Shown: in pieces, positions 9,456 through 18,377 of the stretch | How positions within the stretch are numbered: position 1 is the stretch's first letter | Layout of the letters: each line of letters starts with the position of its first letter | IMG/VR virus record: IMGVR_UViG_3300017909_004705 | Direction: 5' to 3' (one strand) | Length of the DNA stretch: 64,000 nt | Origin: a virus | Taxonomy: Duplodnaviria; Caudoviricetes | Made by a program: the position numbers and the translations under genes | Notes under the pieces: generated by a model | Told to the model about the DNA's origin: nothing | The model's input: the letters and a program-made list of their open reading frames with translations, nothing else | Databases searched by the model: none

Positions 9456-10822
9456 GCCGATCTGCACTCCTCCCAGAATTCTTCCATCTCAGGAAATGTG
9501 TTCAAGAACCTTGTCAAACGTCTGCGGTCGTGTTCATTAAAAAAAGCGTAAAAGTTTTTTTTATTTTGCGTACTTGCGTCCGCGTTTTCGCGCCAGTATG
9601 CGAGGTTCCTCTGCATCTTCTGGATCTCAAAGTCCTTGAATATGTGTAGGCCATTCTCTTCGCCGGCGTTGTTCTGCATGTATTCTATGTTGGCCTCGTG
9701 TATTGCCTGATAACTCTCTGGTAACATCGTTATCTGTTGCCAGGCAGGTTGTCTTAGAAGTGGCACGTCGAACCATACCCTCTGGTATGTCTTGCTGTAG
9801 GCCTTCCTAAGGTCTATTATCTTCTGCAACAGTTTGTCCATGCTGGTGATACTGAGGTTGTTGTAGGTGCATATGAAGGTTATGCTGTTACGACTAGGAA
9901 TCCTGTCCAAGAACTCCTCGACATTGTCCATCATGTAGTTGAAGTCCAAACCGTCACGTATGTATTCCGCACGTTTGCCCCATGCGTCCACACTGACAAA
10001 TTGCATCATGTGTTCAACTTTCTTCTGCATACATATCTCCTGGGCCATGTTGAAGTACTTCTCTTTTAGTTTCTTGTCTGGCGGACACATGTTGCTGGTA
10101 ACATTGAGGTGAAGGTCATCCTTGGGATGGTCTATGATGTACTGGAAGACCTTGTACGTGTTCTTGTCCATCATTGGCTCTCCTCCGGTCATGCGGAAGT
10201 GTTTAAGGTTGTTGTACAGCGTGGGCCACCATTTCCAGAACGCCGTCACGTAGGGATTTTCCTCCCTGTGTGGTATGGGCCTTCTACTGCCCTGGAAGTG
10301 CTCTGGAGCGTTGTGGGGTGGAGATGTTGGATATTGGCCATACCTTTCGATCTCCTTGCCCCACGTTGTTGAGAACTGTGGAGAACAATAACTGCACTTG
10401 AAGTTACAAGCGTTGTTGAAGTTAACCTCCACGTACCTCGGTGTCCAACTTGTCGTCATTGGATTCTGTCTAATCTGCTCGAAGTCCTGCATGGCCCATG
10501 GCTCACCGGAACGGTAGTGCCTGTCTGACATCTCTCCCGTGTCCTCCATCTTCCAGCAGTACGAACATCCATCGGGACGTTCGCCTCGTAGCATCTTGAA
10601 TCTTTGGTCCAGTTTTTCAACTGTGTTGTGCAGTGCCGCTGGATTCTTCTCCAGTTGCCTTGCGTCTATTTTGTGCAATGGTGGGTGGTAGCACGAATTG
10701 GTCATCCCTGTGGGCAGGTGCAGTGAGGTCTGATTCCACTTCGCCAGGCACATCGTGGGAGACACTGTGTTCAATTTCTCCCTGGCCTTAAGTGCGTCTG
10801 CTTTGTAATCACTTGTACTCAC
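9452..10822 (-). CDS. Radical SAM protein with N-terminal twitch-like domain (array copy 1)
   Basis: CLAKW...SCYHP...CSYC; CNFKCSYC; GGEP. Probable GTG start at 10822 behind GGAG (the ORF track extends to 10912). Confidence 0.88.
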   Translation of the reverse strand: MSTSDYKADALKAREKLNTVSPTMCLAKWNQTSLHLPTGMTNSCYHPPLHKIDARQLEKNPAALHNTVEKLDQRFKMLRGERPDGCSYCWKMEDTGEMSDRHYRSGEPWAMQDFEQIRQNPMTTSWTPRYVEVNFNNACNFKCSYCSPQFSTTWGKEIERYGQYPTSPPHNAPEHFQGSRRPIPHREENPYVTAFWKWWPTLYNNLKHFRMTGGEPMMDKNTYKVFQYIIDHPKDDLHLNVTSNMCPPDKKLKEKYFNMAQEICMQKKVEHMMQFVSVDAWGKRAEYIRDGLDFNYMMDNVEEFLDRIPSRNSITFICTYNNLSITSMDKLLQKIIDLRKAYSKTYQRVWFDVPLLRQPAWQQITMLPESYQAIHEANIEYMQNNAGEENGLHIFKDFEIQKMQRNLAYWRENADASTQNKKNFYAFFNEHDRRRLTRFLNTFPEMEEFWEECRSA

Positions 10823-11708
10823 GGTCTTGCACTCCTGTGTTTTTGTGTGGTGGATAGATGTATTTGATGAACCTGCTCTGGTACTCGTCCAGTTCGGCCA
10901 CGGGCAGGTCAATCCTCTGTCTTATGCTTTCTCCATACAGTCTTAGATCCTCGTCGATGTTATCTGGTTTCACTGAATTCTCATATAGGTCGATCATCTT
11001 GTCGAGATCCCTAACCTGTATCCATTCGTTGGAGTCCACTGTGGTGCTGTAGCAACCCATCCTTGCCCCCAGCATTGCATACTTGCCATTGTCCACATCG
11101 GCTCCCACTGTCATCCATGTGCTGAGTATCCTCAAGTTAGGACCCCATATCTTTTTCATAAATTCGTCTGGTCGGATGTGTTCACCCTGGTTGAGACTCA
11201 TCTTGACTCCTTCCCTATATCCTGCTATCCAGGCCTGGAAAGGTTCACTGTTGATCACACTCGTTGAATAACAGTTGTGCAAGTTTTCATGCTTCACTGT
11301 CCAGCAAAAATCTATCTCCGCTTTTTTGTCTTTTGCATTTTCATGTGTGTGCATGTTAAGGCAAGTTTCTTTGTCCCAGCCAACCAATCCGCCATTTCCA
11401 TACACCAGTCCATTGATTATGTTCTTTGCCCGCCACCTGTGTACTGCTTTCCTGTCTGTCTTTTCGAAGTCCAGTGTCTGTAAAAGGAATCGTTCGTCGA
11501 TGATGTTGTCACCATCAACACTTATGAAGAAATCGGTCTCTGAAATTTCTGCCGCGGCCTTGTGTGCAGAATCAAAACCTTTTACACCGTCAACACGTTT
11601 TGCCCATGGAACCTTGTTTTTTAGGTCAGCCCAATTTTCTTCTTTGTTGGGTTCCATGTAACTGATGTAAACAAAATCTAGGTCTGTTACTCGGATTTTA
11701 TCTGCCAT
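10809..11708 (-). CDS. GT-A fold glycosyltransferase (GT2-like)
   Basis: FVYISYMEP, GVKGFDSAHKAAA, FISVDGDN (DxD), YGNGG. Confidence 0.7.
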   Translation of the reverse strand: MADKIRVTDLDFVYISYMEPNKEENWADLKNKVPWAKRVDGVKGFDSAHKAAAEISETDFFISVDGDNIIDERFLLQTLDFEKTDRKAVHRWRAKNIINGLVYGNGGLVGWDKETCLNMHTHENAKDKKAEIDFCWTVKHENLHNCYSTSVINSEPFQAWIAGYREGVKMSLNQGEHIRPDEFMKKIWGPNLRILSTWMTVGADVDNGKYAMLGARMGCYSTTVDSNEWIQVRDLDKMIDLYENSVKPDNIDEDLRLYGESIRQRIDLPVAELDEYQSRFIKYIYPPHKNTGVQDREYK

Positions 11709-11989
11709 TGGTATCCTTTCTCTGCCACGTCCTCTATCCAGTATGGATCACCTTCATGGAAATGTGCTCCAACATCTGCCTTAACCAATACTTTGCACTT
11801 GACTTTAGTTTTTTTTCTTGGTCTGAGAACTATGTTTCCATCTTTGAGCATGAATGCTGACTCCCCAGAACGCATTATCTCCAATTTCTTTTCAAGGCTT
11901 ACTTCTATGCTCTGTCCATCTACGGTGACCATGTGCCTCTTTTTCTTTGGCGGCGGCATGTCTGCAAGTGCTCTAAGAAGTGGATCCAT
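11687..11989 (-). CDS. Hypothetical protein
   Basis: 100-aa ORF overlapping both neighbours in the operon. Confidence 0.6.
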   Translation of the reverse strand: MDPLLRALADMPPPKKKRHMVTVDGQSIEVSLEKKLEIMRSGESAFMLKDGNIVLRPRKKTKVKCKVLVKADVGAHFHEGDPYWIEDVAEKGYQWQIKSE

Positions 11990-12773
11990 TCAATTCTCCT
12001 ACTAATTTCTTGTTGTGATAATGCACTATCCTGCTTTGCCTATAGCCTCCCATGTATAGTCTGTGTCCCACCTTGAGAGGGTAAAGGAAATTGTCGTTGT
12101 CGAATTGCTGTCCTATGCCATTGATGTGCTGTTTGTTGTGCATGAACTTGAACCATTCATAATCAATTTTGCCATTTTGTAAAGGATCCTGTATTTTGTT
12201 TGCCAATGCATACACCACATCTGTGGTAGGCTGTTCGTCATGGCAGTTCACAAGTACTTTTTCTTTTACAGTCTTCCAATCTTTTATTATAGTTTCACAG
12301 ATGTCATAGAACTGTTTTGCCTTGACGCTCCTTCTAAAATAATGTAGACCATTGTACACATCAGGCAATCTGTTTCTCTCAAACAACTTCCTATAGAAAC
12401 TGCTTACTATTACCCTGTCCTGATAGTTCCTACAATTATATGAGAACACTTGATCATGTTGCCAAAGGAAATTCCACCACCAGTCTGTGTTTTGTGTGAA
12501 CAACATGTCCGCCTCAAGTTTGATTGTGTGAGTGAACGGTGTCAATGCAAACACCTTGTATTCATTGTTTAGTTTCCATTCCTGTCCTGCACTGTCATCT
12601 TCTTTGAGAACTTTGACAAAATCAAACAGTTCATCCTCCAGAGGTTTGTCAGTGATCACGCAAACCTTGTTATGCCGATTTACTTCCTTGATACTTTTGG
12701 CCAGTGTTCTGCTGAGTGCAACATAGTCCGTGGTTGAGTTGTTCAACGCAAACCAAACATATCCCCTATCCAT
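11973..12773 (-). CDS. GT-A glycosyltransferase-like protein (GT8-like)
   Basis: DYVALS..LAKSIK...VCVITD, TPFTHTIKLEADM (ExD), TDVVYALA, HYHNK. Confidence 0.7.
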   Translation of the reverse strand: MDRGYVWFALNNSTTDYVALSRTLAKSIKEVNRHNKVCVITDKPLEDELFDFVKVLKEDDSAGQEWKLNNEYKVFALTPFTHTIKLEADMLFTQNTDWWWNFLWQHDQVFSYNCRNYQDRVIVSSFYRKLFERNRLPDVYNGLHYFRRSVKAKQFYDICETIIKDWKTVKEKVLVNCHDEQPTTDVVYALANKIQDPLQNGKIDYEWFKFMHNKQHINGIGQQFDNDNFLYPLKVGHRLYMGGYRQSRIVHYHNKKLVGELNGSTS

Positions 12774-13518
12774 TGCACCACTCCTTGTCCATTATGTGTA
12801 CGTCCAATCCAGATGTTAAATTGACTTTGTTGCCGTGTTTGAAAATTATACCATCGTCATCACTGTCCAGAACGTCAACGCTGTCAGCCAACATGCTCAT
12901 AGGCGTTGGTATCCTATCTCCCAGGTTCAACTGATGCAGTGCTATTGCGAACGCATAGTCATTCCTGTAATTCTCATAACGAATCCTGTAAAGGTTCTTG
13001 TAGTGTGTATAATACTGTTGCACGTGTTTGATCAATTCAAATATCTGTTTAGTTTTCTCTGTTTTACGGAATAGAGTCACCGTCGCCCAAACCAAAGGCA
13101 GAGTGCTTTCATCCTTGCCCTCTATCATGTTTTGCCCTGTGAGATCCTTAACACGATCATGCAACATCATGTCAAATTTAGTATTTGCAAGTTCAAGTAG
13201 AGTTGAAGAGAAAACAAAGTAGTCACAGTCCATCAGTATGGTTGTGTCGTAGGGAGAATGTTCGTATGCAAGAGCACGTTCTTTGTTGTACCATGCAACA
13301 TTTTTTCCCCTGTATGTTCTCTTATTTGTTGTCTTTGCGTCCACCAACTTATAGTTGATCATGCCCATAGGTTTGAATTTCTTAAATGTCTCTAAATTTG
13401 TTACTATCGTAATTTCTAGTTGTAGATACTTTTTGATTTGTGCCACACAACGCTCAGCCAACTTGTGATATTGTGTGTCAGGATTGTCGAAACAATATAT
13501 TAGGACCCCAGTCGTCAT
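12766..13518 (-). CDS. GT-A glycosyltransferase-like protein (GT8-like)
   Basis: SPYDTTILMDCDY (DxD), RNDYAFAIA, HIMDK; paralogous to 11973-12773. Confidence 0.7.
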   Translation of the reverse strand: MTTGVLIYCFDNPDTQYHKLAERCVAQIKKYLQLEITIVTNLETFKKFKPMGMINYKLVDAKTTNKRTYRGKNVAWYNKERALAYEHSPYDTTILMDCDYFVFSSTLLELANTKFDMMLHDRVKDLTGQNMIEGKDESTLPLVWATVTLFRKTEKTKQIFELIKHVQQYYTHYKNLYRIRYENYRNDYAFAIALHQLNLGDRIPTPMSMLADSVDVLDSDDDGIIFKHGNKVNLTSGLDVHIMDKEWCNG

Positions 13519-13835
13519 TATCTTCCCTTAGTTGAGAGATCTTGATGCAGTCGGTGATATGCGTTCAGTGTTTCCTGGTTCCTTTGTATCAATCTTCGTA
13601 GGAAATCATCCGGGTCTTGTATGTGACAAGGATTGTCGTTCACGTCCAACACAAAAAAATCTTTGTTATGTTGCTTCATTGTGCTTACAAGATTTATGGT
13701 GTCAGCGTTAGCCTTAAAAAGCCTTTCGTTGTAAGCCATCAACTGTCGAGAACGCATCTTTTCCAGTGCGTTGTCCTTAGCCTGTGCGACTTCAAAGTTA
13801 AGGTCCGAGTGTTTCTTAATATTGCCAATATCCAT
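13518..13835 (-). CDS. Hypothetical protein, first gene behind the sigma70-like promoter
   Basis: 105-aa ORF, translationally coupled to the downstream glycosyltransferase. Confidence 0.65.
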   Translation of the reverse strand: MDIGNIKKHSDLNFEVAQAKDNALEKMRSRQLMAYNERLFKANADTINLVSTMKQHNKDFFVLDVNDNPCHIQDPDDFLRRLIQRNQETLNAYHRLHQDLSTKGR

Positions 13836-13843
13836 ATAACTGT

Positions 13844-13872
13844 ATTATACAGTTAATTATTGCTGAATGCAA
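13844..13872 (-). promoter_or_regulatory. Sigma70-type promoter TTGCAT-N17-TATAAT for the modification cluster, overlapped by palindrome TAACTGTA-N3-TACAGTTA
   Basis: Plus-strand ATGCAA at 13867-13872 and ATTATA at 13844-13849, 17-bp spacer. Confidence 0.65.
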
Positions 13873-13888
13873 TATGGAAAATAATTTA

Positions 13889-14866
13889 TTATGCTGTAGT
13901 GTTGGACTCTATCGCACTTGCTGATATTGTAGCAACGGAACCTAGACCCTGGTCCGTCGTTGGGTTTACAGTGTGCAATGCCCAGTCTGTCGTACCAATG
14001 AAGTTTGCGAACTGGTCCACACCTGAAGTGTTACCATCTGTGAACTCTGAGTCTCCTGAGTCAGCGTCAATCACTGAACACTTGATTGTTACCTTTGTAG
14101 CATCGCCATAAGTGGCGTTGTCCACTTTGCCTTCTATCTTTAGATCCATGGTTGTGTAGGTTCCACTGGATTGTCTAATTACAGCAATAGTTACGTATGA
14201 TGTGCCGAAGTCATCTACTCCGTTTGCGAGACCATCAGTCTGTAGTGTCTCACCTGAACCTGATCTTGTTGATACCTGTGCGCCGATGTCAAAGTTGCCC
14301 AGTGCCGTGATCAACTCGTCAACTGAAGCATCCTTTGATGTGGCGGAACCACCACCGTTGCCTGTTCTGGTCAATTTAATTCTTATCTTACCACCTGCGT
14401 TGAAGAAATGTCTTAAGTCATTGCCGTTTGCAAAACTTACTGAATGTTCAACCACGTGTGAACCAGCGTATCTTGTTCCTGATGCCGCACTTCTAAGTTC
14501 TGAACTTTCAGATACTGCTGTGGCATTAACACAACCACCCGCGACTGATGCCGATAGAGTTGCCAGGTCCGTGGCTACAGCGGCTTTGATCTTTATTGGA
14601 TCTCCTGCTGTTACCTGTCCCCTTGCTGTCATTGAATCGTTTGTGTGGTTGGCAATGTTGTCAATCCCTGCTAGAAGTGAATTCCAACTGGCCGCTTTGA
14701 TAAGATTAGAATCTGAAGCACTTACCTGTGCTAACTCTGTTTGGCCCAGTCCTTGATTGCCTGATCCTGTGCCGGCAATGTGATTGTAACCAAATGGAGA
14801 ACTTGAACTCGCAACAAATACGTTGTATTCATCGTCTTTGATGGTTTCGCCTGCTACATATCCCAT
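13889..14866 (-). CDS. Virion structural protein (tail fibre/baseplate associated)
   Basis: S/T/G-rich, FANGNDLRHFFNAGGKI motif, located at the end of the fibre gene block. Confidence 0.65.
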   Translation of the reverse strand: MGYVAGETIKDDEYNVFVASSSSPFGYNHIAGTGSGNQGLGQTELAQVSASDSNLIKAASWNSLLAGIDNIANHTNDSMTARGQVTAGDPIKIKAAVATDLATLSASVAGGCVNATAVSESSELRSAASGTRYAGSHVVEHSVSFANGNDLRHFFNAGGKIRIKLTRTGNGGGSATSKDASVDELITALGNFDIGAQVSTRSGSGETLQTDGLANGVDDFGTSYVTIAVIRQSSGTYTTMDLKIEGKVDNATYGDATKVTIKCSVIDADSGDSEFTDGNTSGVDQFANFIGTTDWALHTVNPTTDQGLGSVATISASAIESNTTA

Positions 14867-14870
14867 AATT

Positions 14871-16496
14871 CTATTTGACTCCTATCACACACTCTGTGAG
14901 TGCTGTTTCTTCATTATATTTAGCTTTTATTAAACGCCCTATTACATTAAAATGGTTGCATTCGTCTGCCGTGGCCACACGTGCTTCGGCATTTCCTGCC
15001 GAAACTAGCCTGTCACCTGCCTTGCCAGTGCCTTTGAGCTTCACGAACACACGTCCTTTCAGTGCTACCATAGGATGTGTGTGGTTGTTTCCTGCCTGTG
15101 CATTCATCAAAAATGCTGGTGAATCTGACACTACACCAAAAACAGCGTCTGAAAGTTCAGTTTGACATTTGGTAACTTCAGCATGGCCTCCCAACTGCAC
15201 TACATCACCTGCTTCTGTTTCACAGTCAGCCTCGTATCTCTCTGCCAAGTCAGCATATTGGGCCGATGTCGATGTAGCGTGAACAATGTTTGCTCTTAGA
15301 TCAACCAAGGTTGGTGCTTCTAGTTCAGTGTCACCATCAGCGCCTTTGAACGCCGTCCAGGCACCACCTGCATTGCCATGAATCGTTGTGCCGTCATCCG
15401 CGAATGTTTCGTCCCACACCCAATAAAGGTTCTGTTCTGTTGCACTCGATGTTGCACCTCTGTTGACCTTCAATCCAGAATAACTTGGCATTCCTGCGTT
15501 TGAAGAAATATTCCTATTCAATTCTATTATATTGTCTTCTACAGAAAGAGTTACTGTGTTCATTATGGTGTTTGTGCCATCAACTGTCAAATCGCCAACT
15601 CTTAGATGTTCAATCCTTCCTGTGGATCCTTTGATTCTTAACGCTTCTGTCTGTGTTCCACCGTCATTGACCGTGAAAATTATGTCTTTGTTTTCTGTAG
15701 TTTGTGCAATGGTGAAATCATCGCTTGAAAGTTGCATGGTTACATCTGAACCGGCACCTATTGTAATACCTAAATCATTCAACACACCCAAACTTCCTGA
15801 TGTTGTGTCATTGGCATTGGATCTTAGGTAGTTGGCCGCGGCTACTCCACCCAATGAATCCGAGTCTGTGGAGGTACCTCTGAATTTTGCAGAAGTTACC
15901 GCTGATGAAAGTTGAATACCCTGTGCGACTGTGGAATATCCTGCCGCGATAAGAGCCGCGCCTGCCGTCTCCGAAGAGCTAGGAGTAAATGCCAAGTTGG
16001 AAACAACTCCAACCACAGCATCATTGGCCACAAATTTTAAGATGTCTCTGTTTACACCGGTGTTGTCTTGTATGGTTTCTGGAATGGCATTGGTCACACC
16101 TGAACCTGCAACCGTTGTTGGTCCAATCAGTGTCCAAGCAGATCCATCATATACGTAATACTGTTTGTTGGTAGTGTCAAACCATTCATCACCAAGCACA
16201 GCATTAGTTGGTGCAGTGGTTGACGGAGTAGGTCCCAGTGGTTTAAATTTTGCTCCTGTGTACACGTTAAGTTGATTGTTAGTCTTGTCGTACCACAGTT
16301 GTCCTTGAATTTTGTTGTTTGGTGCTGATGTGTTGTTAAAATTTTCTAGAAGTTTTACAAGGTTTTCATTCAACGCCTCTCCGAAACCCGCATAACCTTT
16401 TCCGATCAGTGTGAGATCAGTTGTGGTTGTGTCTATCGTTCCATCCGCGAGGGTGACCAATAAGGTTCCGAATGTGTTGTTTATCTTGTAAGCCAT
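14871..16496 (-). CDS. Tail fibre/baseplate fibre with C-terminal intramolecular-chaperone-like (peptidase G2-type) domain
   Basis: Shared fibre N-terminus (GKGYAGFGEALNENLVKLLENF...GQLWYD); C-terminal AQYADLAERY...FGVVS..PAFLMN...VALKGRV. Confidence 0.75.
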   Translation of the reverse strand: MAYKINNTFGTLLVTLADGTIDTTTTDLTLIGKGYAGFGEALNENLVKLLENFNNTSAPNNKIQGQLWYDKTNNQLNVYTGAKFKPLGPTPSTTAPTNAVLGDEWFDTTNKQYYVYDGSAWTLIGPTTVAGSGVTNAIPETIQDNTGVNRDILKFVANDAVVGVVSNLAFTPSSSETAGAALIAAGYSTVAQGIQLSSAVTSAKFRGTSTDSDSLGGVAAANYLRSNANDTTSGSLGVLNDLGITIGAGSDVTMQLSSDDFTIAQTTENKDIIFTVNDGGTQTEALRIKGSTGRIEHLRVGDLTVDGTNTIMNTVTLSVEDNIIELNRNISSNAGMPSYSGLKVNRGATSSATEQNLYWVWDETFADDGTTIHGNAGGAWTAFKGADGDTELEAPTLVDLRANIVHATSTSAQYADLAERYEADCETEAGDVVQLGGHAEVTKCQTELSDAVFGVVSDSPAFLMNAQAGNNHTHPMVALKGRVFVKLKGTGKAGDRLVSAGNAEARVATADECNHFNVIGRLIKAKYNEETALTECVIGVK

Positions 16497-16499
16497 ACT

Positions 16500-16679
16500 T
16501 TAATTGTTTGATGCGTTGTCTCTTACGTCTACTAGAAAACTAACATCACCCACCAACTTGATTAATATAGCCGCTAATTCTGGTGTAAGCATTTGATCTA
16601 TCTTTGCCTCTTCGGCATCAGTCCATGCTGTTCCGTAGTTTGCATTGATGTAATCTGCCACTTCTTGTTTTGTTGCCAT
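16500..16679 (-). CDS. 59-aa hypothetical protein
   Basis: Below the ORF-track cutoff. MATKQEVADYINANYGTAWTDAEEAKIDQMLTPELAAILIKLVGDVSFLVDVRDNASNN, with an AGGAG Shine-Dalgarno and TAAATA upstream. Confidence 0.7.
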   Translation of the reverse strand: MATKQEVADYINANYGTAWTDAEEAKIDQMLTPELAAILIKLVGDVSFLVDVRDNASNN

Positions 16680-16698
16680 TTAAATGTACTCCTTATGC

Positions 16699-17163
16699 TT
16701 ATTTATTACGGCTGTTGATCTGCTCATCGTCTGATATCCAAGTTAAATCCTCAGAATATGCCCCATCGAGATCACGTAAAAATGTCTTAACATTGCTTTC
16801 CGTAAGCATCATATTGTGGTATTTTGTGTATCTTTTGTGAAGTGCCTGTTCCTTTGTGGCGGTGTATACCAACTTCAGCTCTCTTTCTTTTGCCAGTTTC
16901 ATTATACTGTCTATGCACAACTTCAAAGCAGTGTGTACTTTGCGACTATCCGCCTGTTTATCAGTGACAATCCATTCCATGAATCCAAACTGTGTGCCCT
17001 CTCCTATGTACAATCCTCCAGCACACAATGGCTTTCCGTTGTCTTCAATGATGATTCCCTCTGGTGGAAGGCACTCCTTTGGCACTTTGCCAAATTCCCA
17101 ATCAGCCCACCACTTGACTAAGGTGTCATAATCTTTATCTCTGTCCCACTTCCTACTTTGCAT
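16699..17163 (-). CDS. GNAT-like acyltransferase
   Basis: Pattern of beta-strands (PLCAGGLY, FGFMEWIVTD) plus helix and LVYTAT, consistent with a GNAT fold. Confidence 0.55.
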   Translation of the reverse strand: MQSRKWDRDKDYDTLVKWWADWEFGKVPKECLPPEGIIIEDNGKPLCAGGLYIGEGTQFGFMEWIVTDKQADSRKVHTALKLCIDSIMKLAKERELKLVYTATKEQALHKRYTKYHNMMLTESNVKTFLRDLDGAYSEDLTWISDDEQINSRNK

Positions 17164-17731
17164 TTTTTTGTATCACTATCTTGTTTATGTTATATCTTTT
17201 TGAAAAGCACATGTCTACGCATTCGGCCACATCTCCTGCATCCAACTTTGGGTATTCATCCCATAATCCATTGCTCATATCGGTATCTACAGTGTCGGGA
17301 CAAACATCATATATCTGTATGGGATAATCATAAAGATCTTGTTGAGCCTTCTCGATAAATTCAATCAATTCTTTTTTGTTTTTGCAATACCAATTATATT
17401 CTTGTTGCTTTAAACTGCTATCCATGCCAGCCTGGGTGCCAGACGTGCTTGTAATTACTGCCACATGCTTCTCATCATTTTTATATAAGTCAATGATTGC
17501 TTTTAACATTTTAAGTTGACTGTCTTTTGCGTAGGCATTCAACACAATATATTTGAAGTTTGCCATTTGTTGCACAATGGCATCACAGTCTTTGTCGACA
17601 TCGAGTCCTTCTGACTTTGATACTCCATAACAAAAATAATTTTTTGATTTGTACAAGTCAAATATTGCCTTTCCTATACCTCTGGTGTGGCCTGTAACAA
17701 ATATCCTAGGTTTTTTGCTTTCTTGACTCAT
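17153..17731 (-). CDS. Short-chain dehydrogenase/reductase
   Basis: VTGHTRGIG Rossmann motif, LNA, ITSTSG, YxxxK (YCKNK), PDTVDTDM. Confidence 0.8.
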   Translation of the reverse strand: MSQESKKPRIFVTGHTRGIGKAIFDLYKSKNYFCYGVSKSEGLDVDKDCDAIVQQMANFKYIVLNAYAKDSQLKMLKAIIDLYKNDEKHVAVITSTSGTQAGMDSSLKQQEYNWYCKNKKELIEFIEKAQQDLYDYPIQIYDVCPDTVDTDMSNGLWDEYPKLDAGDVAECVDMCFSKRYNINKIVIQKNAK

Positions 17732-18377
17732 ATGTATCAACTAAATTTTCCAGCCCTTCAAAACATTCTGAATAATGCTGGTAATATTTTTCAAACTTCT
17801 CTTTAGTATACTCTGATTCTTTGAAAAAGTCAATTAGCAAGGTGGTTCTCTCACCAGGATTATTGTTGAAACCGTTGTGTAACTGCCTGTCTGGCTGAAA
17901 TACAAAAGCATCTCCAGTTTTCCAAGTGTACAACTCTTGCTTTTCCGTATCAATGTTCATTACGTACATACCGCTTTGATCTCCACCACCGTCATCTAGG
18001 CACATTTGATATCTCCAACCGCCTTCGTTGTCAGTATGATTACCAATTTTCGTGTTTGGGCCAACCGTCATAATAGCAACATTAGTCTTGTAAGGAAATT
18101 TCCTTAGTATCGAATACAGTATCGGATAATCATTGAATGACTGACCTTCGTGATCTCCTGATTGTATTCCAAGTGCCCGCCACTGTCCATGCACATAGTC
18201 ACCTGACTTGTCATCAAAATCGTCAGGAAGTCCTCGCACACTGTCGGAAAAATCTTCTGGGTCTAGAAAAGTTTTGTTAGGTTGGGTGTCAAACTCGTGT
18301 TTAATGTTTTGCCAGTGTTTGTCTAACTGTCTAAAACATTCGCCTTGTTTTCCGTGGTAAAAACTTTTATCAAGCAT
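17706..18377 (-). CDS. Aspartyl/asparaginyl beta-hydroxylase-like 2OG-Fe(II) dioxygenase
   Basis: W..IKHE, GQWRAL, IGNHTD (HxD), WKTGDAFVF, distal H, ERTTLLIDF. Confidence 0.8.
   Translation of the reverse strand: MLDKSFYHGKQGECFRQLDKHWQNIKHEFDTQPNKTFLDPEDFSDSVRGLPDDFDDKSGDYVHGQWRALGIQSGDHEGQSFNDYPILYSILRKFPYKTNVAIMTVGPNTKIGNHTDNEGGWRYQMCLDDGGGDQSGMYVMNIDTEKQELYTWKTGDAFVFQPDRQLHNGFNNNPGERTTLLIDFFKESEYTKEKFEKYYQHYSECFEGLENLVDTYESRKQKT

Noticed and set aside
13838-13856. LexA box in the palindrome
   Set aside because: Spacing is CTG-N7-CAG, not CTG-N10-CAG.
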